A stretch of 61,246 nucleotides of DNA, the filler included, from Catajapyx aquilonaris (Eukaryota), in assembly GCA_000934665.2 (NCBI GenBank). It is 3 parts of 3 records of this genome, joined end to end, with 100 filler letters (N's around TTAATTAATTAA, not from the genome) between each part and the next. Parts side by side here need not be neighbours in the genome. Positions count along the whole stretch, not along the records: positions 40,899 to 61,246 come from JYFJ02006288.1; 2 more parts are not named here. One strand, given 5' to 3'. Positions within the stretch are counted from its first letter, which is position 1. The number at the start of each line of letters is the position of its first letter. Positions 51,046 through 61,246 of this stretch are shown here, piece after piece. Both the position numbers and the translations under genes were made by a program. The notes beneath the pieces are model-generated. The model was not told the origin of the DNA and searched no databases. It saw only the letters and a program-made list of their open reading frames with translations.

Positions 51046-52404
51046 GGCTGTTGTTCCTGTTTCGTTGGGAGTCTCGTGTGCTTAGTGCAGATCTTCCTGT
51101 GCGATGCCTAGGGAGTATTATCCCCCGGCCTCAGCGTCCTTCCTGCCGACACCCTCTTCTTCCTGTGGCTGGTGGCCATGATGAGGTTGCATGATGACGG
51201 CCAAGGAAGATGGGGAGGGGGGGATGGCCGTCATTCCTCCTCATCCCTCATTATTACGTAAGGTCGCAGCATCAGCACCCATTTCCGCATAATTAAACAA
51301 TTCCACAGGCGTGCTTGTTGTTCCGCCTTTCTGCCTCTTGTTGTTGACTCTCTGATGTTTTGTGTTGTGGCCTGCAGCAGCTCCCCAGTCGGCCTCCTCC
51401 TCCTCCGGTCCCCACACACGACACACGCACACTCCCTTGACTGGCAATGGAAGGAAGGAATTCCAATTCCAATCAGCTGTCTGGGTGCACCTGCACCAGT
51501 ACCAAAATATCAAGGCCGAGAAATAAGTGGAACCAGGCGCAGGGTTGGAAATGCGGCCGCAGATCGATTGGCGATGCTGCTCTGCATGTTTGATGAACTC
51601 AAGATCTGGTAATGAGTGTAGGTGTAAAATTTGAACACTTGTTCCACTTGTTCATGGTTTATTAATTATTATCGATCACGTACTGCCTACCCCCATCATT
51701 AGCAGAAGCAAGTGCTGCACTCACATTCAATGAGTGTATATAGCCTACTAGCGCAGTTAAAACTTTTCTTTTTCTTTTTTCTAATGTCATCTGACATGAG
51801 GCACGGTAGGTGTTCACAACAGGAAATGAGTAAGATAACGACTGTGATTGTGCAGAGCACATACAAAAAAAAGTGCAGTAATTATTCAAGATTTAATAGC
51901 ATGGGCTAACAGCTATTTATCTTCCTACGTTAAGGATTTATTACGAAATAGGAGTAATATTGCTGTTCATACAATCGCTCCCTGATACAATACAGGTTTC
52001 ACATGTTTATTTGCGGATTAAGTATTATTTAATTAGAGACAATATACGGTATAGAATTTGAATGATTTGATGTTATTTAGCTAGAATTTAGTGTAAAGGC
52101 GAAAATGATATCTCTATCTCTATAAATAAGGAAGTTTGTTTGTGAGTTTGTGAGTATGTCCCTTATAGAAATCCGGGGGAAGGCCCCTACACCGCCTTAA
52201 ATTAGCATATCGGGGGTTACATTTTTCAAGGAATTTAATGCCGCATGTTTCAGCTTCCGAAAATGAACCTAACACCCATAACACGCATATTCCCGAATCA
52301 TCTCACTACTCGGGCAACAATATCCGCCAATTACCCCATCTCACGTAATCTCTTTAACAATATTACTACATTTCAAATTTCCATGGAGATGCCCGAGTAG
52401 TATG

Positions 52405-52600
52405 AAAAATCGGAGTCCCATGCCAGGAGGGTGGTAAGATATTTGAGGGGTATGCAACCCGCAATACATGTCAGGTCCTTGAAGGGTATGCACCCCGCAA
52501 TACATGTGCAGATCCCCCAGGGGCATGCAACCATGCGATGGGTTGCGGGTTGCCTACCCCTCAAGGATCTGACCTCCCTCCTGGCATGGGACTCCGTTTT
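52405..52600. repeat. Inverted repeat with internal direct repeats, downstream of a Helitron-like 5' motif (~52110-52175)
   Basis: AAAATCGGAGTCCCATGCCAGGAGGG...TGAGGGGTA-GCAACCCGCAA pairs with TTGCGGGTTGC-TACCCCTCA...CCCTCCTGGCATGGGACTCCG-TTTT. Confidence 0.7.
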
Positions 52601-52959
52601 TGGTCACCTCGGATATAATAGACCGGAGTCCTATGCCAGCAGGGTTACCACCATTGTTGTGAAGCAGTGTTGCCAATAGATGCAAATAACGGCTATTTAA
52701 AATAGCATGTTTTACGATAAATAATAGTTCTCACGAATGAGTGCAGTTGTCACGAAAGTATTGCACTGAACTAATTTTCCTCTCCGTACAATAAGTTATG
52801 ACTTATTTTATGGTCGCTAACTTTTGACCAAAACACTCGTATACTATAACCTTTGATAATTCTGCGAATCAAGCCTTCAATCTTGTTAGGTAGCCTATAT
52901 ACTGCTCTGCCCTTGGCTCTGCCCCTGTGTAACTGGACATCTTCAGATAACTTTCCACG

Positions 52960-53368
52960 TGAATAGATGGCAGCACTGCCGCAGGTGTATTTTACGCACC
53001 GTAACAGTAACAGTAGCTATAATTTCGTCACAGGAAAGATGGCCGCTGTGCGCAACATGGCGCCAAAAGAGACGGGGGAGCAGCGGGAAGGAAGGGAGGG
53101 TAGAGGCTAAATGGGGAGATCCGGCCAATCAGCGCCCAGGATTTGGTGGGGGTACGCTCCTGACTACTTTTTTTCGTGCTCAGCGCTCTCCCCGCTCCAG
53201 CCTCGCAGAATGGACGCGCTCGGTTGTTGTCGGTCACCGACCTCCTCTCCTCCCAGGCGCCGCGCCGGTGCCCCGGGTTCAACGTCCGTGCCACCTCACG
53301 CGAGCGTCCGCAGGCGGCCACAAGCATCGGGACTCTATGCCAGCCAGGCAGCCACTATACAGGTGAGT
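52960..53368 (+). promoter_or_regulatory. CpG island/promoter with a probable plus-strand non-coding first exon (donor CAG|gtgagt at 53362), divergent from the ABCA gene
   Basis: AAGATGGCCGC, AACATGGCGCC, GGCCAATCAG (CCAAT box), high CpG density and a consensus donor. Confidence 0.55.
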
Positions 53369-54513
53369 AGGCGACCAATTAAGTAGGTCACGATCTCCTT
53401 TTTTAAAGCGGTGTTGAGGAGGTGTCATTTGCACCAGGCTAGGGTGTATTGCCCGTCAGGCCCGTCTCGGTGCTTGGTTGCAGACTCCCAGGGGCAGGGC
53501 TCGGGGCCAAGCTCACTAGATGTGGCGTCAGGATATGGGGATGGTACTGGGTGGTGGCAGGTCACAGCAGGTAGGCGGAATTAGACAGGGGATTGGGAGT
53601 AATCAGAAAATATGCGGGATCTCCTTGTATAATAGCCCAGGGGGTTACTACTCGTACTCTTGAAAAATGCAGAGCCGCTATAAAAATAACAACAACAAAA
53701 AATCCCCAAATCAGATGTGGGGCGGAGATGGAATAAAGTGGGGGATGTGTAACGGGTGCCCCTAAATTACAACAACCACATATTTGTGACATAACATTGC
53801 CCCCATTCTTACAACCGGGATGAATGATTTGTGTTGGTTATAATAACCTGTTCCTGAAGGAATCGGTGATTTATTAATCATTGACACTCACTGTCAGTGC
53901 CACTTTGTTGACAGCTGAATGCGTTAAGTAATAGTCTAAAAATCATCCTGTCTTGCCCTTTCAGATTTTTGTCGCGAACATATGTGGATTCAGATAATAA
54001 GCCTGTGGTTACAACCTGATGCCCTTCTAATAAATGACAAACTTGTTGGGTAGCATGCTGAGGGAGAGAAATGATGTACTTCGATTGGTATGCTATACAG
54101 TCTAATTGAGCGACACTGCACTATATTGCTTATAAATACAATGCTGTGTAGAAAATGAGGTAAAACCAATGGGGGGGGGGGGGGGNTTACACGATTGCAA
54201 AAATTTTGTCATTGTCAACCTGTCGTCTTTACTAATTAATCCAGCGATTTTATCACGCCAGGCGTTTGAAAATAAGAGTAAGAGGGACCCCAATATTATA
54301 TTGCTCGTACCAAGAATATCGCTGTCAATGATGCGTTACAAGTATACTCAAGTATTCAAGCAGGTTATCAAATGCAATGGATCCGCACTCTATACTCGAC
54401 CCACACCAGCAATGTTCCCTTTAATGGTCTCTTAATGACAGGTTAGGAAAACAACAACTGAAAATCTGTCATTCAAAACTGATCCCGTGTTGGATGTAAA
54501 TTGTGGAGAAGGA

Positions 54514-54777
54514 TTTTTTTTTAAATTTCATACCCCGTGCTAGAGCCTTTGGCTCCCTTAGGGGGGTGGATTATACCACCATTGGATGGGACCAGGGATA
54601 TAGGGAAGGAAGGAAGCGGCTGTGGCCTATTTTTACGGAAACAACCCCGGAATTGTCCTGGAAGGGACCATGGAAAACCACAGAAAACCATGGTCAGGGT
54701 CGCCGGCCCCGGGATTCGAACCCAGGACCTCCCGATTAGCAGGCGGGCTCCTTATCCCCTACACCAACCTGCTTCGG
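54514..54777 (-). mobile_element. tRNA-derived SINE with 12-bp TSD
   Basis: A box TGGTGTAGGGG, B box GGTTCGAATCC, A-rich tail; TGTGGAGAAGGA duplicated at 54502-54513 and 54778-54789. Confidence 0.92.
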
Positions 54778-55599
54778 TGTGGAGAAGGAATATAATTATT
54801 ATTACCTTCTTCTGATTTCAGGCATCATAAATACTGAAAAGAGTCCATGTGTTTTTAAATCGTTACTATAGGAAAATCCTCGCTACGCTCGCATTTTCCT
54901 ATGGCGCTGGCCTAGAAAACCACTCGCTTCGCTCGCTCTTTTCTAGGCCTGCGGCCAGCAGTGCCCACCATATTTTCAATCGCTTCGGACTTATATTGCC
55001 AGTGATGATGCCAATCATATTCAAACCCACACCCCCACACGTTCCTCCGTGCATTCACATATCTGTGATTCCCTAAACCCTGCGACCAATCTGCAATCCC
55101 ACCTTTGCATTGGCTGGGAAATATGCACTTGCCCACCTCAACATACTCATACTTTGCAATGTTGAAAAACCCCAATTTATTATTGTATCAACAGAAATTC
55201 ACAACCTCCACCGCCTGTACTCGCATGCACTCGCACACATGTATCTAAATAATTATATGCACCCTTTCGGACCACGTTTTTCTAACTGCTCATAACTTCC
55301 CTTTATATTATATTATTTTTATTATTATAAACAGCCAATGGAACTTGGCAGTGTCTGTATTAGATCAGTGGTTCCCAACCTGGGGGTCGCGAAGCCTTCT
55401 CCGTGGGGGTCTAGGGTGGCCGCGATTATTTTAATAAATTAAAAAATAACTACAATTTAAAAAATAGCATTAGATGATCAAAAACTGGTTTAATTCTTCC
55501 CGCCACTTTCTTTTGACGTTCTCGGCCTATCCCCGGGTTCAGTGTTGAATATCGCGGCTAATCCTGCTTACCAACTCTTCCCACTGGGGATGCCAGTAC

Positions 55600-55828
55600 T
55601 GCCGTCAGATGTGAGAGGACCGTAACTCACTGTTCACTTCCTTTGCGGCGAGAAAAGAAAGCAAGTGTTACCGAAAGCATCCAAGAGGTGGCGTTGGGGG
55701 AAGGGGGAAAAAAGAACGGCATCCCAACTCCACCTGTTGGGTGCTTTTGGTACCACTGCTTTTTTTCTCGCCGCAAGGGGAAGTGGACATTGAGTCATTG
55801 AGTTACGGTCTTCTCATATCTGACGGCA
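55600..55828. mobile_element. Hairpin MITE, next to a hAT-like end CAGTGGTTCCCAACCT at 55366
   Basis: TGCCGTCAGAT-TGAGA-GACCGTAACTCA...GCGGCGAGAAAA pairs with TTTTCTCGCCGC...TGAGTTACGGTC-TCTCA-ATCTGACGGCA. Confidence 0.8.
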
Positions 55829-56084
55829 TCACTAAAGGCCGTAAATCGAGAATACAAGACCGAATTCATATCGAGAACACTTGAATTTAACATGTAGTCG
55901 CATTTATCCACGTGCTGCAGCATTTCCGCGTATTATATCAATATTATTGCTGAAACTCAATTCCTCCCGCTTTTATTGGTAGCATCTGCCTGAGTAATTA
56001 CAGTATGTTGTGGTGATGCTGTAACTCCAGAAAATCATTCAATTCTACTGATATTGTCATTTGGCGTGGCGCCTATACACTATA

Positions 56085-56288
56085 CAGGTCCAACATCAAG
56101 TGTCGTTTTATAACGGCTATTAATAGAAGCGCTTTACGATTGACGTAGCAGCGACGTGTAAAATTGCCCACTTCGATGGCGCCGAAGATGCGCCGAAGTG
56201 GGACATTTTACGCGTCGCTGCTACGTCATCGCAAAATCACTGCTATTAATCGCCGTTATAAAACGACACTTGATGTTGGACCACCCTG
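56085..56288. mobile_element. Tc1/mariner-type hairpin MITE, copy 2
   Basis: Nearly identical to 49722-49929, with a 4-bp deletion in the left TIR. Confidence 0.93.
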
Positions 56289-59200
56289 TATATACTAAAC
56301 TAATGATTGCGACTTTGATTGCTTTCAGAAAATTCTGGCGGTGGAACAGAGCAGCTCAAAACGCTTGTGTTTTAATTAGTATTATTGTCATAGTTTGTAT
56401 GGTTTGGTTGGTTTCACACCCACCCACTACAGCATGCTTGTCACCTTGACCCCTACATAATTTTATACAAACCCCTGTTCCTACCACCTGGGCCCATGAG
56501 TGTTGATGTGCATGATATTTAGACTTAAATATTAATTGACATTATCAGAACAATGGATGATACACTGGAGTTACTTACAGCCAATTGAATTTATACCTTT
56601 GCAAAAGACTTTAGCGCAACATGATATTTGTAACATTACTGGTCAGGCTCCTGGCCGTATAATGTTGCTGGAAACGTGCTGGTAGGGCATTCTGTATATC
56701 TCAAATAGATCCACATAATGGACCATGGGGTGGAGCATTTTATTTGACTTTGGGTGATCAGTGTTCAGTGCTTCATCATGGATTACAAGGCATGATTGTA
56801 GAAAGTCTATCAGCCGGAGAATAATATTGTATTGGGAGCGTTTGGGTTGCAAATTCTTTTGGCCGTGCGGTGCAATAATATTACAGTGTTTTTCAATGCT
56901 TGACACAGCAGCAATTCACGAAAAAAAACAATGACTTGAATTTTTATGCATTCGCTGTGGAAGATTTCATTCTTAGAGAAATTATAATAGAATATAATAA
57001 TTTAAAAAGGGGAATTAATAGGATTTTAGCCAAAAATACCATTATAATGAAGGACGATTTATTACCCTGTTACTTACTGAACACTAATACGTATAGAATA
57101 GTGCAGCAGAGAGATGCATAATATTTTGATTAAATAGCCCCGCCTCTGTCTATAACCAGAGGTTCGATTCGTGATGTTCTCCAAAGTTGTGCTGCTTGCA
57201 ACGATATCAAAGGAGTAAAGGGCTAAAGGCAGTACTGTAAAAAATTTTTGCCGGTACTGTATTCTAGGGATTGCATTACATTTTACCACATTTTATGCAG
57301 CATTTTCATAGTGAATTTTTTACATTCACCGAAACACTTTGTTTCTTGTCATTAATTGCAGCACTGAATTCAATCACTCGATTCTTCGCAACAATAAGTT
57401 GTTGTACAATGTACATCCTCCAGTTCTTTTTCTCTTGCAATTCCAAACACTAACGGACAACATTTTAAGACATTTCCAGGCAGTGTCTGTCGAGTCAGTG
57501 TTTGCCTTGTGAAGGGCCCGTTCGCCCCGGGGCCACGGTGGCCCTCATGTGTAGCTGTAGAAGTGTAGAGTCATAAATTCGTACTTCCTGCTGGACGCTA
57601 TATGTGAGGGATGCTTCCTTTGCGGAGGACCGCACCGGGCACCAGCGTATATACAGAGTGTGCTGAAAAGGTCCGCGTGCGAGTCTGTCTCAGCACATGG
57701 GCTGACAAAACTAGTGCCTTTGGCTGCTCATTTGGGATTACCCTGACAGGATGTCCTGAGTAGGCACACCCTGTACCGCACGACCAACCGCGTGACTGAA
57801 GAGTACATTGATCTCTATATAATCTTGTGGTTATGATATACCGCGGGTATATGAAGGCAGGTAATGTCACGTGTGGCTAAACACCTCACGTGTCACTCGC
57901 CTCATCATCATATGTCACGAGATTATCGATGCTTCGAAGGTCAAAGGTGAGAAGGGACCTGAAATTAAGGCATCGGATATAAGGCGGCGGGCGGTGCAAG
58001 GGAGATTCAGAGGTTTTTATTTGTAAGATGACCCCGAGGATTGTTGCCCAAGGTTGTCCATTTCAACCCGAACTTTGTGGACCACTTGAGCTTATAATAT
58101 ACCGACGACATAGAAAGCGACGCGACGCGACGCGACGGTGTGAGATGGAATGAACCCCATCAAAAACCCGAAATATTTATGGCGGACACTGAACAGTAAC
58201 CTCAGTGTACCGCTAATAGTAACTGTGAGAGACAAGTTTTATATTTTCTTCATTACAGTTACTAACTGCTGTTGCGAGGTAGTTATTAAAAGCAGGGATT
58301 TATTCACACCCCCCCCCAACACCCCCTCCCAACACNCCCCCCAGAAACGTCACCCCCCCCAACTTGTGCGGGACCCCTCACACAAACCATGCTACCTTTT
58401 TAAAACAAAATCTTGTGCAATTAATTAGCGTCCTTAATATTTCAAATAACCCCTCCCTCCAGGCCCCACTAAGTTAGAACTATCAAAATTACAGTGGGAA
58501 AAAGTGCTACCAATTTCATCAAATACACACCCATTCAAATCTACCACATTCACCTAACCTCGTGACCTTGAACCCACAAAAAATTTCGCCTGTGGCGGGC
58601 GTCCTCCACACAAGCAATAATTGAGTTACATTTGTGCTCGGCAACTTTGCGTAATAGAAAGCACATGCGATTGCTTTCAAGTGTGGGATAAGAGGAAGTG
58701 TAGGCGAATATCGAGAGAGCGCGAGAGAGGCATGACCTGGATGATCTCAGGTCAATTTCAAAGGGTATTTATTGCCTGCATTTAACTATTCATTTACAGG
58801 TCATCTATACAGGTACGTCAATACTTGTTGGTAATGGTAAAAGTGCTTGTGATCATATATTTCTTGGTCAAGCTTCACAGGTGTAAGTTTTTCATTTCTG
58901 AACCTGATAATAATCTGTGCAGTGCTGCCAGTGCATGACCATTGCAAACAATACACTTGCTGCCCAGTGTTTCCATAATTATTATGAGTCGGAATGCGTC
59001 GAAAATATGCACACTGAAACATGTCACTCATTGCCCTGGTAATAATTTTTTCGTAAGCAGAGTGACTATTATACTATTCATTGATTTTATTGCACATATG
59101 GTTTCATTCCTCGAGGTATATTGCTTTTGGTCTTGTCGTTGTCGTTGCAGTGGTCGTTGTCTTGTCGTTTCCATTCTTTTTCAAGGAACTCTTTTGTTTC

Positions 59201-59290
59201 AGGTGCGTTTTCTTTTCAGACGAGCAACACGTCGCGTTTTACGTTGTGGATTTAGGGGTGCGAATATGGCTCACTTTGCGTAACAGAAGA

Positions 59291-59397
59291 GCCAACGAGA
59301 TTATCTCGGATGAGGCAGGTCAGGTTATAACCTGACCTGCCTCATCCGCGATAATCTCGTTGGCCGACACATACGGTATATATACCGTATGTGTCGG
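59291..59397. repeat. Two abutting loopless palindromes (74 bp with 1 mismatch; 34 bp perfect)
   Basis: GCCAACGAGATTATCTCGGATGAGGCAGGTCAGGTTA|TAACCTGACCTGCCTCATCCGCGATAATCTCGTTGGC, then CCGACACATACGGTATA|TATACCGTATGTGTCGG. Confidence 0.97.
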
Positions 59398-60795
59398 ATC
59401 TAAAGAGCAGACTGAGTTAGGTTCGGATCGTTTCTCTTTCAGAATCTTCTTGTTAATTGCACGCGTAGGATCAAAACTCTAATTTAGAGATCAGGTCAAA
59501 TCAGGTTATAGGGGCGTTTCCCTTTCAGTGTCATCGTCTGGAGCAGGAACTCAAACGAAAGAGGGTTACTTTGTCCGCCTTTCCCGTCACGTGTGGGCTG
59601 ATTTGTTGTGATGCCCATTCAGACGGAGAAGAGAGGTTGGTCGATCACCTGACGACGGTCACCTGCTGACCCGGTATGAAAGCTCAGTGGTCCGAGGTCA
59701 TTACTGGTGCTATACTTGACCTCCTAGACCTAGAGTCACCGTTTGGTCGCCCACTGTTGGTGTAGCATACATGTTATTTAGGTCGGTCATTTGGGCAAGG
59801 CCGTCGCGTATATTTCGGGTCTTTTTAGAGTCACATTGGTGGAAGCAGAAGCCATCTGCTGCAGTTATAGAAAGTAGAGTAACTTACGCCGGAACCATAT
59901 GAACATTTGAGAATTGGACCACTGCCCTGCACTGATGGTTAGAATTCTCTTTTGCCATTTCAGTTCAATAAATTATAGTAGCCTACACGGTATAAACCAG
60001 TATTGGTACAGGGGAAGGGGTCCATATTTCGACGATGCGCCTAATTCCGACCACCAGCATGCTATCTCCGTGATGGTAACATGTTGCAAATTGCCGGTGA
60101 CAGTGGTATGTCACAAAGACGGAATTGGTGAGCTGGCAGTACTGATGCGAACATCCGTGCATTATGTGCAACCTTTGACACCAGCAGTTTGTTCTAGCGT
60201 ATGGTGGACTGCAGCGCATGCTATTCATTGGCCATCATTTCCCAGCAATTAAGCTATGATATTCAATAATTTATTTTAGCCTATGATGTTGCTTACACTG
60301 TTTAATTGCATGACTTTTGGAGTGCTGCTGGGGGCTTTCACACACTATACTTCTGATGGTCCTGGAATCCGAATTTCTGATTCGCCTTTCTTGCAGACAT
60401 TCTAATAAGCCTCCGATCCTGTCCCGAAATGAACGATTCCTGCTAATTGCCTGCAGGTGGCTCTGAATGTACCTTAACAACAGTTTGCCCACATGTCCCA
60501 AGTTTCGTGATTTCCTGTCGGTTTATAGTCGTTGTTATTCGGTTGTGGTTTGTGACCTTATATTTTTATACTTTAGGATTTAGGTCTATAAAATTATTAT
60601 AGCTTTTTATTAAGCTTATAGCTTATTATAGCTTATTATAGCTTGTGCCTATTTGAGGTTTTTTGTGCCTAAAAATACGGACTCTATACTTATAAAGTCT
60701 ATTTAAAGTCACATCGAGTTTCGAGTGTATGGAACGGTACAAACAAACAAACTTTCTAAATTATACGTACCCCTACCTTTACCAGCATCCCAACA

Positions 60796-60835
60796 TACCC
60801 GGGCAACGCCGGGTAACCTATACAGGTACTATAGT
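60796..60835 (+). mobile_element. Helitron-like 3' terminal hairpin
   Basis: TACCCGGGCAACGCCGGGTA hairpin followed by a degenerate CTA(T)AGT end. Confidence 0.5.
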
Positions 60836-61246
60836 GGTCACTAAAAGGATAAGCAGCATGCTTATTAGTTTTACCCATTACAAACAATAACAATTAAACA
60901 AATCTACAATAACTTTTAATGGGTCAAAAGTAGTGAAATTATCAGATAAATGTTGCCGGTATATCGATGTATATCCGTGAGAACGAGTCTGAATGATAAT
61001 TAAAGTTGTAGGTGGTTGTGCCGGTTATGTCCATGCTAAGGTTTGAGAATTTTTTAGCCGCCTTTTTGGGGAAAAAATAAAAAACAAGTATTTTATAATC
61101 GTTCCCATGTTAATGGACTGTCATATAGTGATAAATTTAATTCCCCATGAAAATAGTTTTACTGGTCCAAAAAAACGGAATTCCAAAAGTCGACACAGTG
61201 GCTATGTGAGGAACATGCTGTGCACATGATATGTGGCCACCCTTGT

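Noticed and set aside
52959..53386. Several overlapping Arg/Pro-rich ORFs
   Set aside because: Expected by chance in a CpG island.
54700..54777. tRNA gene
   Set aside because: A/B boxes are followed by a SINE body, an A-tail and a TSD. The head at ~43890-43959 is likewise followed by a SINE body and tail.
52110..60835. One 8.7-kb Helitron capturing the promoter region
   Set aside because: The 5'-like and 3'-like motifs are short and far apart, with an opposite-strand 5'-like motif at ~60720-60765. Independent fragments are more likely.

Overview
Eukaryotic, most likely arthropod/insect, genomic DNA with short spliceosomal introns and many DNA transposons. The window is not one locus. It is three contigs (1-20350, 20451-40798, 40899-61246; 20350/20348/20348 bp) joined by an artificial 44N-TTAATTAATTAA-44N linker. 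Contig 1 has kynurenine formamidase (-), NXF1/TAP mRNA export factor (-) and, head-to-head with it, the 5' half of a GABA-B receptor subunit 1 gene (+). Contig 2 is a transposon nest: a CMC/EnSpm-like remnant with a DUF4806-like companion gene, and a 5-exon FLYWCH-MULE transposase gene ending in an IAP-type RING finger, whose introns hold pogo, Tc1/mariner, hAT-like and RTE insertions. It ends with the 5' part of a POGZ/row-like gene. Contig 3 has the 5' half of an ABCA1/4/7-like transporter (-), SINEs, MITEs, and an unexplained segment containing two abutting near-perfect palindromes within a multi-arm fold (59281-59455). The best candidates for novelty are the MULE-RING fusion and that palindrome cluster. 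Exon coordinates were read by eye from splice signals and reading-frame phase. Family names come from motif recognition, not database searches.
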